From: an uncultured Verrucomicrobiae bacterium
Lineage (GTDB): Bacteria > Verrucomicrobiota > Verrucomicrobiia > Chthoniobacterales > JAFAMB01
NCBI GenBank assembly: GCA_963813025.1
Contig: CAWEXO010000008.1
Location: forward strand, 96,001 to 160,000
Length of the DNA: 64,000 nucleotides
Reading direction: 5' to 3'
Positions 20,237 through 30,119 of the stretch are shown piece by piece. How positions within the stretch are numbered: the stretch's first letter is position 1; every line of letters begins with the position of its first letter. The translations under genes were made by a program, and so were the position numbers. The notes under the pieces were generated by a model. It saw only the letters and a list, made by a program, of their open reading frames with translations. It was not told the DNA's origin and did not search any database.

Positions 20237-20335
20237 AGAGTCCTTGAACACTGAAATTTGCTGCAGTTGAATCAAGTTTTTTAAGCGGATTTTTTTTCTT
20301 AATTCAATTCTTCGCCTTTCAAAAACAAGGACTCT
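20237..20335. mobile_element. ~95-bp MITE-like element, copy 2, between selA and selB
   Basis: agagtccttgaacac...caaggactct, with the same core as 9843..9936. Confidence 0.7.
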
Positions 20336-20391
20336 GCACAGCGAGGCCGGCTAATATGCGTTAGGCCAGATCTCCACGCCGCATTTTTTTA

Positions 20392-21831
20392 CTAAAACTC
20401 GTCGGTCTGAGGCGCGGCCTCGCTAGAGGTGCTGACCGCGGCCCTGATTGCATCCTCCAGCAGCTGATCCTGCTCCGGGAAAATCGTGCGTAAGTCCAGT
20501 CGATAACAATCGTCCGCGATGTAACCAATGACCGGGGGAACAGCTTGGCGTAGCCGGGCCGCCAGCTCAGAAGCCGAGATCTCAGGGGAGCTGAGTTCCA
20601 GGGTCAAGGACTCGATCGTGCAGCGGGGCAACGTTCCTCCACCAACTTGAGCTTTGCTCATCCGGGATTTCGCGGAAATCGGCACGTCCCTCAGGCTGGC
20701 AATGATCGCGGCAGCACGTTCCGCCAAAGCGCCATTGGTCATCGCCAGCATCCTCTGGACCGGAATTTCCGGCAGAGCATTCCTCAGATACAGATCGACG
20801 GTGGCCTCGAGCGAGGCCAGGACCAGCTTATCGCACCGAAAAGCCCGGAAGAGCGGATCATGTTTCAGTGCTCTGATCTTTGCCGAACTCCCGGCAAGGA
20901 TACCTGCTTGCGGACCCCCAAAAAGTTTGTCACCGCTGAAACAAATCACATCGACTCCCTGCGCCAGCGCTTCGGCCGGTCTCCGCTCGTGATCGAGCCG
21001 TTGGCCATCCCCCAATACGGCGTCTGTATCAAAGACAGCGCCGCTGCCCAGATCTTCCACAAAGGGAATACCCGCCTCGCGGGCCACGGCAGCAATTTCC
21101 TCAGGAGCAGCGGAATGAGTAAAACCCTCGATATAAAAATTGCTCCGGTGCACTTTAAGAATCAAAGCCGTCCGTTGATTGATCGCCCTGGCGTAATCGC
21201 TCACATCGGTCTGATTCGTTGTGCCGACCTCATGCAAATTGGCCCCGCTCGCCTCGAGAATCTCCGGTATCCGGAAGCCTCCTCCGATCTGCACGAGTTC
21301 GCCTCGCGACACAATGACTTCGTGGCGTTCGGCCGTCCGGGTGAAGTGCCGGACCAGCAGAACCAGAGCTGCGGCACAGTTGTTGACGATCGTCGTTGCT
21401 TCCGAGGCGATCAGCAGCGCCAGGGTCTGCTCAAGGTAGGGGGCGCGCGGCCCGCGCTCGCCCGTCACCAGATCATATTCCAGGGTAGTATAGTTCTGCG
21501 CGACACTGACCAGAGCCTTGGCGACCGCTGGACCAAGGGGAGCCCTCCCCAGGTTGGTGTGAATGATAATACCTGTTCCGTTGATGACCGGCTGGAGGCG
21601 TTCGCGCCGTAACTGCTCCACAGCATCCGCGAGCACTTTGAGGAGGTGCTCCTTATCCAGCCCCGCCTCTGCGGAATTCTTGCGATAGGCAGCGAGCTCT
21701 CGCCGGATCAGGGCGACAATCGCGGGGCGAGGTAGATCCTTTGCTACCGGCCCGAGAGCCTCGAGCAGGTAATTGACCGATGGAATCTTCCGGAGGTTGG
21801 CTGAACTCAACCGAAAAACATGCAGGGACAC
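20392..21831 (-). CDS. selA: L-seryl-tRNA(Sec) selenium transferase SelA
   Basis: VINGTGIIIHTNLGRAPL, VNNCAAA, VSRGELVQIGGGFRIP, EVGTTN, KVHRSNF, DLGSG and FSGDKLFGGPQAG. Confidence 0.96.
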   Translation of the reverse strand: MSLHVFRLSSANLRKIPSVNYLLEALGPVAKDLPRPAIVALIRRELAAYRKNSAEAGLDKEHLLKVLADAVEQLRRERLQPVINGTGIIIHTNLGRAPLGPAVAKALVSVAQNYTTLEYDLVTGERGPRAPYLEQTLALLIASEATTIVNNCAAALVLLVRHFTRTAERHEVIVSRGELVQIGGGFRIPEILEASGANLHEVGTTNQTDVSDYARAINQRTALILKVHRSNFYIEGFTHSAAPEEIAAVAREAGIPFVEDLGSGAVFDTDAVLGDGQRLDHERRPAEALAQGVDVICFSGDKLFGGPQAGILAGSSAKIRALKHDPLFRAFRCDKLVLASLEATVDLYLRNALPEIPVQRMLAMTNGALAERAAAIIASLRDVPISAKSRMSKAQVGGGTLPRCTIESLTLELSSPEISASELAARLRQAVPPVIGYIADDCYRLDLRTIFPEQDQLLEDAIRAAVSTSSEAAPQTDEF

Positions 21832-21904
21832 TTGGAAATGCGCAATGGGAACTACATAGCCTGCATCGCTCGCAAATCCCCCAAAAATTTGCGAGCGACA
21901 CAGG

Positions 21905-23596
21905 CTATGTAGTTCCTTGAATTTCCCTCGTCCCTAAATCGCCCGGACTGGTTGGCATGGTCGAAGGCCGGGTAACCACTTGCCGGCGATGTGCGAGCAG
22001 CTCCCGGTTTACCGAGAGCAAGATGCGAGTCTCGACTGGATTTGGCCCACTGTGCAGACTGCTCGCTTTTTCGATCACCGCGCGCTCGGCTTTGGTCATC
22101 CTCTCCTCCTGAAGCAGATGCTCAGTCCAGGAAGGCATCAACATCGTGATCCGGAACGTGTTTGGTCTCTCCAGGTCTTCGTTGAGATGCCAGCTGAAAG
22201 CGCCGTTCCGAAGATGAATGAGGCGAACCTCTCGGAGCACTTCCAACAACTCGGCTCCGCGAGTATGGTCAACGACAAACTCGTAATTGACCTGGACGGG
22301 ACCGTCGTGTGGGGCCGGCATATGGATCAGCTTGTGCGAGAAACCGGTCCGCGGAGCCGGAGCCAAATCAATCTGCTGGGCAACGTCCAATGAAAGCGGA
22401 ATGGCTAATAAGAGACTCAACGCCAGCAGAGCAGCCCCGGCGACTAAAGTCCATTTCGCGCCAATACCAGCAGCACCGGCACCCCAGACAATTCCACCAA
22501 GAGCCATTGCACCCTGAGACCCCATGATAACCGTCGCGCTCATTCGGCCACGAGCCCATTCCGGCATGGCGCGTTGACCAGCAACCCAGAGCTCCGAGGC
22601 GGAAAGAGTCCACCCGACCCCGGCCAGAGCCGCGACGACCATGAAGGCGGCTTGGGATCGGACAAAAGCCATCAGCAGCAATACGACCACGACCAGGGCG
22701 TTTGCGGTGATAGTCAACGCATTGGAAGACTCCCGGGAGCGGAGCAAGGGGACGACGAAGATCGCCCCGAAGACCGAACCAAATCCCATCGCGCTGAAAA
22801 GAAGTCCCGTGCCGGGTGCGCTCAGCTTCAGCTCCTTTAATCCCACCACCGGAATGAGCGCAGGAATGAGCGAGATAAAAAAAGCGAAAAGAACGTTTCG
22901 AGCGACAATAATCCGCATCGTTGGAGAATAGCGGACATAACGAATCGCCGAGGAAAACGACTCGACAAAATTCTCCAGGGGCAAAGTGCTCTGGGCGGTT
23001 TTTCGCTTCCACTGCAGAATCGCCAGGATCACCAACAGAAAACAAAGGGCATTCATGAAAAAGACGCCATCGACCGTGATCAGGGGAATGAGAAGGCCCC
23101 CAAGCGCCGGGCCAATGATCCCGGAGACGTTCAGCTGCAGTCCGCCAAGGGTAGCTGCCGAAGGAAGCTCGTCGTTCGTGACGATCTCCGGGGTGATAGC
23201 CGTCCAGGCCGGTGCATTAAAAGCAAAGCCCACGCCGATGAGAAAAACGCAGATCAAGATTATCCCCGGGCTCAGGAGATGGAACCAGCCAAAGATTCCC
23301 AGGAGACCGGCCGATGCGGCCAACCAGAAATTCATCACGACCAGCAGTTTCCGACGGTCGACCATGTCAGCGAACGCCCCAGCCGGCAAAGTCAGCAGAA
23401 AGAAAGGCAAAGATGCGACCGTTGACATAAATGAGAGGAAGAACGGCGAAGGGCTTAGTTTGGACATCGCCCAGGTCGCGGCGGCGTCGTGCGCGGCCAC
23501 GCAGGTGCCGGAAATCACACTGGCCAGCCAAAGCCGCCGATACACCGGATTGCGGAGAGCTCGAAAGGTTGAGGTATTGGAGGCGATCGCTTTCAT
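21905..23596 (-). CDS. MFS transporter (MFS_3 type) with C-terminal soluble domain
   Basis: FRALRNPVYRRLW, LPAGAFADMVDRR, PAWTA, 12 TM helices and C-terminal GPVQV...RNGA...SWTEHLLQ. Confidence 0.88.
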   Translation of the reverse strand: MKAIASNTSTFRALRNPVYRRLWLASVISGTCVAAHDAAATWAMSKLSPSPFFLSFMSTVASLPFFLLTLPAGAFADMVDRRKLLVVMNFWLAASAGLLGIFGWFHLLSPGIILICVFLIGVGFAFNAPAWTAITPEIVTNDELPSAATLGGLQLNVSGIIGPALGGLLIPLITVDGVFFMNALCFLLVILAILQWKRKTAQSTLPLENFVESFSSAIRYVRYSPTMRIIVARNVLFAFFISLIPALIPVVGLKELKLSAPGTGLLFSAMGFGSVFGAIFVVPLLRSRESSNALTITANALVVVVLLLMAFVRSQAAFMVVAALAGVGWTLSASELWVAGQRAMPEWARGRMSATVIMGSQGAMALGGIVWGAGAAGIGAKWTLVAGAALLALSLLLAIPLSLDVAQQIDLAPAPRTGFSHKLIHMPAPHDGPVQVNYEFVVDHTRGAELLEVLREVRLIHLRNGAFSWHLNEDLERPNTFRITMLMPSWTEHLLQEERMTKAERAVIEKASSLHSGPNPVETRILLSVNRELLAHRRQVVTRPSTMPTSPGDLGTREIQGTT

Positions 23597-23897
23597 GTAA
23601 GCAGATCCCAGCAGAGGAAGTCGCCGCGGGAATCAGCATTCGATCGGACGGCTGACTGTCTTCTCTGGAACAGGTCAGGCGGGAGGACGCCTTTTTGTAG
23701 CATCGCAAGTCTGGTTGTTTCAATCACATATCGATGGAGGCGTTGCATCGAACATTAATTCTCCGGGCGGAGTGTCAGTGCCAGTTTTTCGCCGGGGAAT
23801 TTCGCACATCGTGGTGCATGGTGTTATTACACAATCGGTCACCTTTCGCCGCCAGACTTGCGAATCTGGCAGGAAGGCGAAAGACTCTTCTACCTCT

Positions 23898-24581
23898 ATG
23901 CTTGCGCCCAAATCGCCTCCCTCCGCGGAGCCTCAACCGCCTTCGCCCTATGTGAGGAAGCTTTGTCCAAAAGTAATCCTCGAGGGCACTCGCCTGACGG
24001 GGAAAACGGATCTGGCCTTTGCTCTGAACGAGTCCCCTCGAATTGTCGGCGTACGCCGGTACCGTTATCATTCCCCCATCGTTTCCGCGGAATGGAACGG
24101 CCTGACGAATAGCCCGTGGGGAGCGAGTCTGATCAACTTCGAAATCGAGTACGAGAGTGTCGTGCTAGAGACCTATCGGACCTGGATGCGGCTTTTCGAG
24201 CTGTACCGCTATTATTCCTGGATCATCGATCGATTTCACATTTCGACCCAGGCCTGGCAAATGATCTATAAAAAACGGACCTACGATTTCACCTGGTTGG
24301 AACGCCGGCTCAGCCTTCTCGATTTCCGCTTGATTTTCTGTTGGCGCAGCCCCGAATCGTTTGAGGAGGCGCGTCGCCGAAGACTCAAAGTCTCCAGTAA
24401 TCCAGAGCAGTACCACGACCTGAGCATCTTTCTCCGCGAACAAGAAGTTGTGCAGGAATTCTTTGACCGCTCTTTGTTGCCGAAGCTGGTGGTAGATGTC
24501 ACGGACGGCAAGCTGGAGCGTTCGGTAAAGCAGATTTCCGATTGGCTCGAGGCCACTGGCGGGCTCACGGCGCCGAATTGA
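23898..24581 (+). CDS. Hypothetical P-loop kinase (NMP/thymidylate-kinase-like fold)
   Basis: VILEGTRLTGKT (Walker A), WIIDRFHIST and a lid-like ARRRR. Confidence 0.65.
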   Translation: MLAPKSPPSAEPQPPSPYVRKLCPKVILEGTRLTGKTDLAFALNESPRIVGVRRYRYHSPIVSAEWNGLTNSPWGASLINFEIEYESVVLETYRTWMRLFELYRYYSWIIDRFHISTQAWQMIYKKRTYDFTWLERRLSLLDFRLIFCWRSPESFEEARRRRLKVSSNPEQYHDLSIFLREQEVVQEFFDRSLLPKLVVDVTDGKLERSVKQISDWLEATGGLTAPN

Positions 24582-24606
24582 GCGCCGAGAGCGTGCGCAT
24601 TCTGAC

Positions 24607-25512
24607 TCAAGGTTTTGGCTGGCGCGAGAATTTAGAAATTGTCTCGCAAGATGACTCTGGCCCTGCGCCGGTAGGGCACCCTACCCTCTTTACCTCTTCC
24701 CAGAGATGATCCAGTTCGCCCGTACCGAGGCTCGCGAGGCTCTGGCCGCGATCGTTCGCCAGAGCCTCCATAGCCGCAAATCGGCGAGCGAACTTGCTCG
24801 TAGCTCGGGCAAGGAGATCCTCGGCGTCGAGCTTGTTCTTACGGGCATAGTTGACCACCGCGAAAAGCAAGTCGCCCAGCTCCTCCGCTTTCATCTCGGC
24901 GGACGGCGCCTGCTCCAGCTCGGCCAATTCTTCCCGAATTTTTGGAAGGACAGCCTCAACCGATTCCCAATCGAAACCGACCCGCGCGGCTTTTGCTTGA
25001 ATCTTCTGGGCTCGCGCGAGCGCTGGCAAGGCCAGCGGGACACCATCCAAAGCAGATCTCCGCTCCTTTTTCTCGTCGCGTTTGATGTCATCCCACTGCC
25101 GCAATACAGCAGCGCTGTCCGGGAGACGGTTCTCTCCGAACACGTGTGGATGACGGCGGACTAGCTTTTCTGCGATGATCTCGGCAACGGCGTCGAAGTC
25201 GAAGCGATTCTCTTCTGCCGCAAACTGTGCATGAAGAACAACCTGCAGAAGCAAATCGCCAAGTTCTTCGCGGAGTTCACGGTCATCCCGGTTTTCGATC
25301 GCCTCAAGCACCTCGTAGCACTCTTCCAGGAGATGCGGTTTCAGACTCTCGTGAGTTTGCTCGCGGTCCCAGGGACACCCGTCCGGGCCTCTGAGCCAGA
25401 CCACGATTTGCCGGAGGCGATCAATCGGAGCGAGAGGAGAACTCAGAGCGTGACCTTTGGTGTTCTTGGACTCTCGACCTTGAACGTTGTTCGGCAGCGG
25501 CGGAACCTTCAA
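24607..25512 (-). CDS. mazG: Nucleoside triphosphate pyrophosphohydrolase MazG (exact start uncertain)
   Basis: LRGPDGCPWDREQTHESL, EELGDLLLQV, KLVRRHPHVF, AARVGFDW and a second EELGDLLF. Confidence 0.95.
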   Translation of the reverse strand: MKVPPLPNNVQGRESKNTKGHALSSPLAPIDRLRQIVVWLRGPDGCPWDREQTHESLKPHLLEECYEVLEAIENRDDRELREELGDLLLQVVLHAQFAAEENRFDFDAVAEIIAEKLVRRHPHVFGENRLPDSAAVLRQWDDIKRDEKKERRSALDGVPLALPALARAQKIQAKAARVGFDWESVEAVLPKIREELAELEQAPSAEMKAEELGDLLFAVVNYARKNKLDAEDLLARATSKFARRFAAMEALANDRGQSLASLGTGELDHLWEEVKRVGCPTGAGPESSCETISKFSRQPKP

Positions 25513-26369
25513 GTCCCCCGTCCCCGGTCCTGCTGGAGCAGCTTTTCCCGGGCGCGCTCCAGCGTCGCTCTTTCCTGATGAGTGAGACTGGCGAGACCGT
25601 GGCGAGAGATCTTGTCGAGTACCTGATCGATTTCGGTCGCTTCGGCCGACTTCACCTCACTGGAGGGAGGCACTGGCCGGGGCCGAGGCCGAGGGACGAC
25701 GCGCAGCTTGGGACGTTGGGGACGCCGAAATAAATTAGGAATTTTTGGCAATTCGCCGCCGGTTTGCAGAAACCGAATGTAACCAAAAGCACTGCCGGAA
25801 ACGACCCACAGCGTGGTTAGCGGCGCCCATTGATGCTGCATCAGATACATCAAGGAGCCGAGAAGGACACTGCCCACGCCCAGCCATTTCAGAGGAATAA
25901 CTCCGAACCACTGGAGATGCGGATAAAGCGTGCAGAACGCGATGAAGAAGCCAGCCGCGACGAACGTGTTACCAAAAAATAGAAAGGGCGGTCCGAACAG
26001 AAACATCCACCCGGTGAGCGTGACAATCGGGAGAAACAGGACAAGGCCGTAAAGCGTCAGAAACCGGCCGGTTCCAATATACTTCTCGATCTCAACGGCC
26101 GCGATATAGATGAAGAGCAGCCCAAAAATCGAAAAGAAACTGATCTCGTTGAGAAAGGTACAGGTCAGAATCGTCCAGATCTGCCCACCAAAGATCGCTC
26201 GTTCCGGTGCAAAAATAAACGGCTCAAGCGGAACTCCCGCTGCTTGAAAGATCGCCGTTAAGACAACCCCCAACCCATAGAGTACGGTGAGAATCGTGGC
26301 GTAGTAAATCGGATACCCGCGAAAGTAAGATACCGGACGATCCTCATTAAAGCTGGAGATCAGAGCCAT
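25509..26369 (-). CDS. Rhomboid-like membrane protein with C-terminal IDQVLDKI domain
   Basis: GQIWTILT, EIEKYIG, 6-7 TM helices and C-terminal EIDQVLDKISRHGLASLTHQER. Confidence 0.8.
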   Translation of the reverse strand: MALISSFNEDRPVSYFRGYPIYYATILTVLYGLGVVLTAIFQAAGVPLEPFIFAPERAIFGGQIWTILTCTFLNEISFFSIFGLLFIYIAAVEIEKYIGTGRFLTLYGLVLFLPIVTLTGWMFLFGPPFLFFGNTFVAAGFFIAFCTLYPHLQWFGVIPLKWLGVGSVLLGSLMYLMQHQWAPLTTLWVVSGSAFGYIRFLQTGGELPKIPNLFRRPQRPKLRVVPRPRPRPVPPSSEVKSAEATEIDQVLDKISRHGLASLTHQERATLERAREKLLQQDRGRGT

Positions 26370-26522
26370 ATACTCTCTAAATTCGCCCCGCGAACACTAC
26401 TATTGTAAAAGCATTCTCGTTCGGGATCAAGGAAACGGCTCAAAGGAACCGGTTTTTATTCGCGACCCGCCGTCCCCGGCGGGTTGCTTCGGTCCCATCA
26501 AGAAGTTAACCTGCCTCAGCTG

Positions 26523-29500
26523 ATGCCCGAATCAACTCTGGAAGCACCCACCGAAACGACGCGGTCGAGCCGCGGAAAACGCCTCGTCTCAAGCGCGCTG
26601 CGCCGCCTTAGGCGCCGCAGAAATGCGAAACGCGAGAGTCGCAATCTCCTTCCACTGCTTATCCAGGTGCTGGCCGGATTTTCGAAAATTGACGGTCGCA
26701 TCATGGAAGAGGAGATCGACTCGAGTCTCGGGTTTCTCCGCTACGATTATCCAGAGGCAGTCTATTCCGAGCTCCGCGCTCTCTTTCAGAAGGCGCTCAA
26801 CGAGCCGCAAGATCTGTCCGGCATGGCAAAAAGGCTCGCCCAGGAATTGAGCGCAGATCGGAAAATCATGCTTGGAGTTCAGCTCTATGACCTGATCTCC
26901 AAGGCGGGCATGCAGCAGGAACAAGTCATCGCTTACTACTCGTTCATGGCCCAGCTTGGGATGGCTGCTCAGGCGATTGACATCGTTTACCAGCTGAACG
27001 CCGCGGATTCGGCTGACCCCTCCGTTTACCAAAAAGGAACTTCGCCCCTTGAATCGATCGTTTTCGGTCACGCACCAACCGCCGATGTGATCGTCAAGGA
27101 ACTCGGCCACAGCGAGCGTCTGATGGCCTATCGGTACCAGGAGTTGGTGCTCCTGAAGAATCTCAGTCAACGCCCGATCGTCGTCCGGGGGCGGACGCTG
27201 GCGCCGGGCGAATTCTGCCGGATGTATCCCGGCCACCGGATCATCATGGGAGAACAAGCCATCAGTTACCAGGATCTCTTGTTCTACTTTAACGCGAAGA
27301 AGAACGTCTCGCTGCCCCACGTTTTCGTCTCAGTTACCCCGAACGATGAGGTGCAGCTTGAAAGATCGCGTACCCGAGACAGTTGTCTGGAAGTACAGTT
27401 TGGCCTGAAAGTACGCGTGGTCTCGCTCAAGCGAGTCGGGGCCTCATTGAATGGCGTGCCGCTGACGCCAGGAGTGGCAGTGGAAGCCAGTCTGGAAGAC
27501 CGAATCGTTTTTGAGAATTCCAATGAATTGCCTCTGAACGATCTCCGCCGGCGGACCCGGGCGATGGGTGGCCGGTTTCAACTCAAGGCATCCAAATCGG
27601 AATACCTGGTGTCCAATAATCCTTCGTTGCTGGAGGAGGACGATATCCTCCTGAGTCCGGGAACTACCGGCGAAGTATTGTTAAAGATTACCTGCGATTA
27701 CGATCGAAAAATCGGCACGCTGGAGGTCCTCCAATCCGATCGGCCGATGATGGTGGGCGAGACTGTGGTGCGCAACTCAGCCTCACTCGTCGACGGCGAC
27801 ATCATCCGGATCGATACCGGTCAGGTGCTCCGCTGCGATTTCACCGAGCGGATCATCGAAGAGGAACGCAATATCATCCGGCTCCTCGAGGTGCGGGATG
27901 CCACTATTGTTTTCAAGAACGGCGCCGTGGCCCTTGACGGAGTTTCTTTGTCAGTCAGTCGCGGCGAGATGGTCTGTGTCATCGGGGCAAGCGGTTCCGG
28001 GAAAAGCACGTTACTCAAGGCCATCTGCGGTCAGACACCGCCGACCAGCGGCACAGTGCTGCTCAACGGCCAATCGCTTTACGCGAACCCGGAATCGCTT
28101 AGGCCCTACATTTCATACATCCCCCAGGACGACGCATTCGATGAGCACCTGACGATTCTGGAAAACCTGCGTTATGCCGCGGCCATCCGCTCTCCTCACC
28201 TTTCGACCAAAGATCGGATGCGGCGTATTGACAGCAAGTTGATTGAACTCGGCCTTTCCGAGCGCCGGGACAGCCTGGTGGGAAGCTCGGTCAAAAAGTA
28301 CCTGAGCGGCGGGGAAAGGAAACGCCTGAACATCGGTCTGGATATGATCAGCTCGGCTGACGTCTTTCTCTTCGATGAACCGACATCAGGCCTTTCTTCC
28401 AAGGATTCGGAGCATGTCATCGAGATCATTCGCGGTCTCTCCCACAACAAGATTGTCGTGGTCACCATTCATACGCCGACATCAAAGATTTTTCAGATGT
28501 TCAACAAGGCTGCACTGCTTGACAAGGGGGGCCGGCTGGTCTTTTTCGGGACGCCTCAGGAGATGCTCCAATATTTCGCTACCGCCGAGCATCAGCAGCA
28601 CTTCGGGACGGAACTGGGCAGCTGCCCTTCGTGCGGGACGACGCGCCCCGAGTTTATCTTCGACGTTTTGGAGACGCCGCTGCGCGACCTGAGCGGAGAC
28701 ATCATTTACGAAGAGAGCTCCCGGGGACAGCTAGTGCCTGCCAGGCGTTACTCGCCGGACTACTGGAGAGACAAGTACGAGTCTTTCCGGTTAATCCAGG
28801 AAATGCGCCAGGTGTCGGTCAAGCAGCAACCGGCCAATCTTCCGCCGCTGCCCAAAAGCACGAAGAATCCAGCCCGCTGGCGCGACGAGTGGGTTCGTTT
28901 CAGTACGATCCTGACACGAGTTTTTATTAGCAAATTGCGCAACCGGGCGAATCTCTGGACGACAATCTTTGAGGCGCCTCTCCTCGGAGCACTCATCGCC
29001 TTCGTGCTGCGTTACGCTGAGCAAGAACACTATGACTTCGCCGCGGCTTTCCATATCCCCACCTACCTGTTTCTGGCCTTGGTCGTGGCGATGTTCCTGG
29101 GGCTGACCAACAGCGCCGATGATATCATTCGGGACCGGGTCGTACTGCAGCGGGAACGCAACCTCAATATCCATCTCCCGTACTACATTCTCTCAAAATT
29201 TGTCACCCTATCGCTCTTTGCGATCCTGCAGTGCGTCCTTTTTATCGCGATTGGGAATTCAATTCTGCAGATTCGGGGTATGTTCTGGCCCTATCTCTGG
29301 TTTATTGGATCCACCGCAACCAGCGGTGTTGCTGGCGGACTCCTTATCTCAGCCTTGGTGAACGACGCCAAGACCGCGGCTAATATTGTGCCGCTGGTGC
29401 TCATACCGCAGATAATTCTGGGCGGCGCGCTCATCAAGTACGAGGATATGAATCGCAATCTCGATTTTCTTTATGTGCTTAATCGCGATCAAGCGGCACG

Positions 29501-30092
29501 CACGCAGACCCATTCGATCGATCAAGGTAAACCGAGGGACGTCGATGTGCCGCTGCCTTGTCAATTCATCCCGATGCGCTGGTCCTATGAAGCATTGGTC
29601 GACGCTCAGGCTAAGCTCAATCCGTTCACCCGCCGGCAGGACATGCTCACTCGGGAAATTGAGCGATTGGCGCGAGCACCGCAATTGAGCGAAAACCAGG
29701 CAAACCGGCTGGATGACCTGAAAGAAACGCTGGCGATCCTTTCCGGACTGGGCGGCCGGAATACGGCGGAGGTTGATCGCCGTCTCCAGGAGATTGATCG
29801 AGTCGCTTCCGGAGCGCCTTTGGATGAGTCGAAGTTCGACCGCCGCAATAACAAGGTTAGCGCCGAACAGCTGTTCCAGAATCGAAAGATCAATGACATG
29901 CTGACGGATGCGCAGATGAAACAGCGCGACTACACAACCAAGCTGCATAATGTTTTTTTTGGTCCAGAAAAAAGACTTCTCGGAAGAACGTTCGATATTC
30001 TTGTATTTAACTCATTGATAATTAACGGATTTACCGTGGTATTCCTGGTGCTCCTACTGTTCAGCTTGGACCGACAGCTCAAACACGCATGA
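26523..30092 (+). CDS. Single-chain ABC exporter: TerB-like N-domain, FHA-like beta domains, ABC ATPase, ABC-2 membrane domain
   Basis: GASGSGKST, LSGGERKR, LFDEPTSG, VTIH and ABC-2 TM region (FLGLTNSADDIIRDR, PQIILGG). The N-terminal FSKIDG..EEE helical segment is TerB-like. Confidence 0.85.
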   Translation: MPESTLEAPTETTRSSRGKRLVSSALRRLRRRRNAKRESRNLLPLLIQVLAGFSKIDGRIMEEEIDSSLGFLRYDYPEAVYSELRALFQKALNEPQDLSGMAKRLAQELSADRKIMLGVQLYDLISKAGMQQEQVIAYYSFMAQLGMAAQAIDIVYQLNAADSADPSVYQKGTSPLESIVFGHAPTADVIVKELGHSERLMAYRYQELVLLKNLSQRPIVVRGRTLAPGEFCRMYPGHRIIMGEQAISYQDLLFYFNAKKNVSLPHVFVSVTPNDEVQLERSRTRDSCLEVQFGLKVRVVSLKRVGASLNGVPLTPGVAVEASLEDRIVFENSNELPLNDLRRRTRAMGGRFQLKASKSEYLVSNNPSLLEEDDILLSPGTTGEVLLKITCDYDRKIGTLEVLQSDRPMMVGETVVRNSASLVDGDIIRIDTGQVLRCDFTERIIEEERNIIRLLEVRDATIVFKNGAVALDGVSLSVSRGEMVCVIGASGSGKSTLLKAICGQTPPTSGTVLLNGQSLYANPESLRPYISYIPQDDAFDEHLTILENLRYAAAIRSPHLSTKDRMRRIDSKLIELGLSERRDSLVGSSVKKYLSGGERKRLNIGLDMISSADVFLFDEPTSGLSSKDSEHVIEIIRGLSHNKIVVVTIHTPTSKIFQMFNKAALLDKGGRLVFFGTPQEMLQYFATAEHQQHFGTELGSCPSCGTTRPEFIFDVLETPLRDLSGDIIYEESSRGQLVPARRYSPDYWRDKYESFRLIQEMRQVSVKQQPANLPPLPKSTKNPARWRDEWVRFSTILTRVFISKLRNRANLWTTIFEAPLLGALIAFVLRYAEQEHYDFAAAFHIPTYLFLALVVAMFLGLTNSADDIIRDRVVLQRERNLNIHLPYYILSKFVTLSLFAILQCVLFIAIGNSILQIRGMFWPYLWFIGSTATSGVAGGLLISALVNDAKTAANIVPLVLIPQIILGGALIKYEDMNRNLDFLYVLNRDQAARTQTHSIDQGKPRDVDVPLPCQFIPMRWSYEALVDAQAKLNPFTRRQDMLTREIERLARAPQLSENQANRLDDLKETLAILSGLGGRNTAEVDRRLQEIDRVASGAPLDESKFDRRNNKVSAEQLFQNRKINDMLTDAQMKQRDYTTKLHNVFFGPEKRLLGRTFDILVFNSLIINGFTVVFLVLLLFSLDRQLKHA

Positions 30093-30119
30093 GCGAGGGC
30101 TGGAGCGTAGCCTTGGGCT

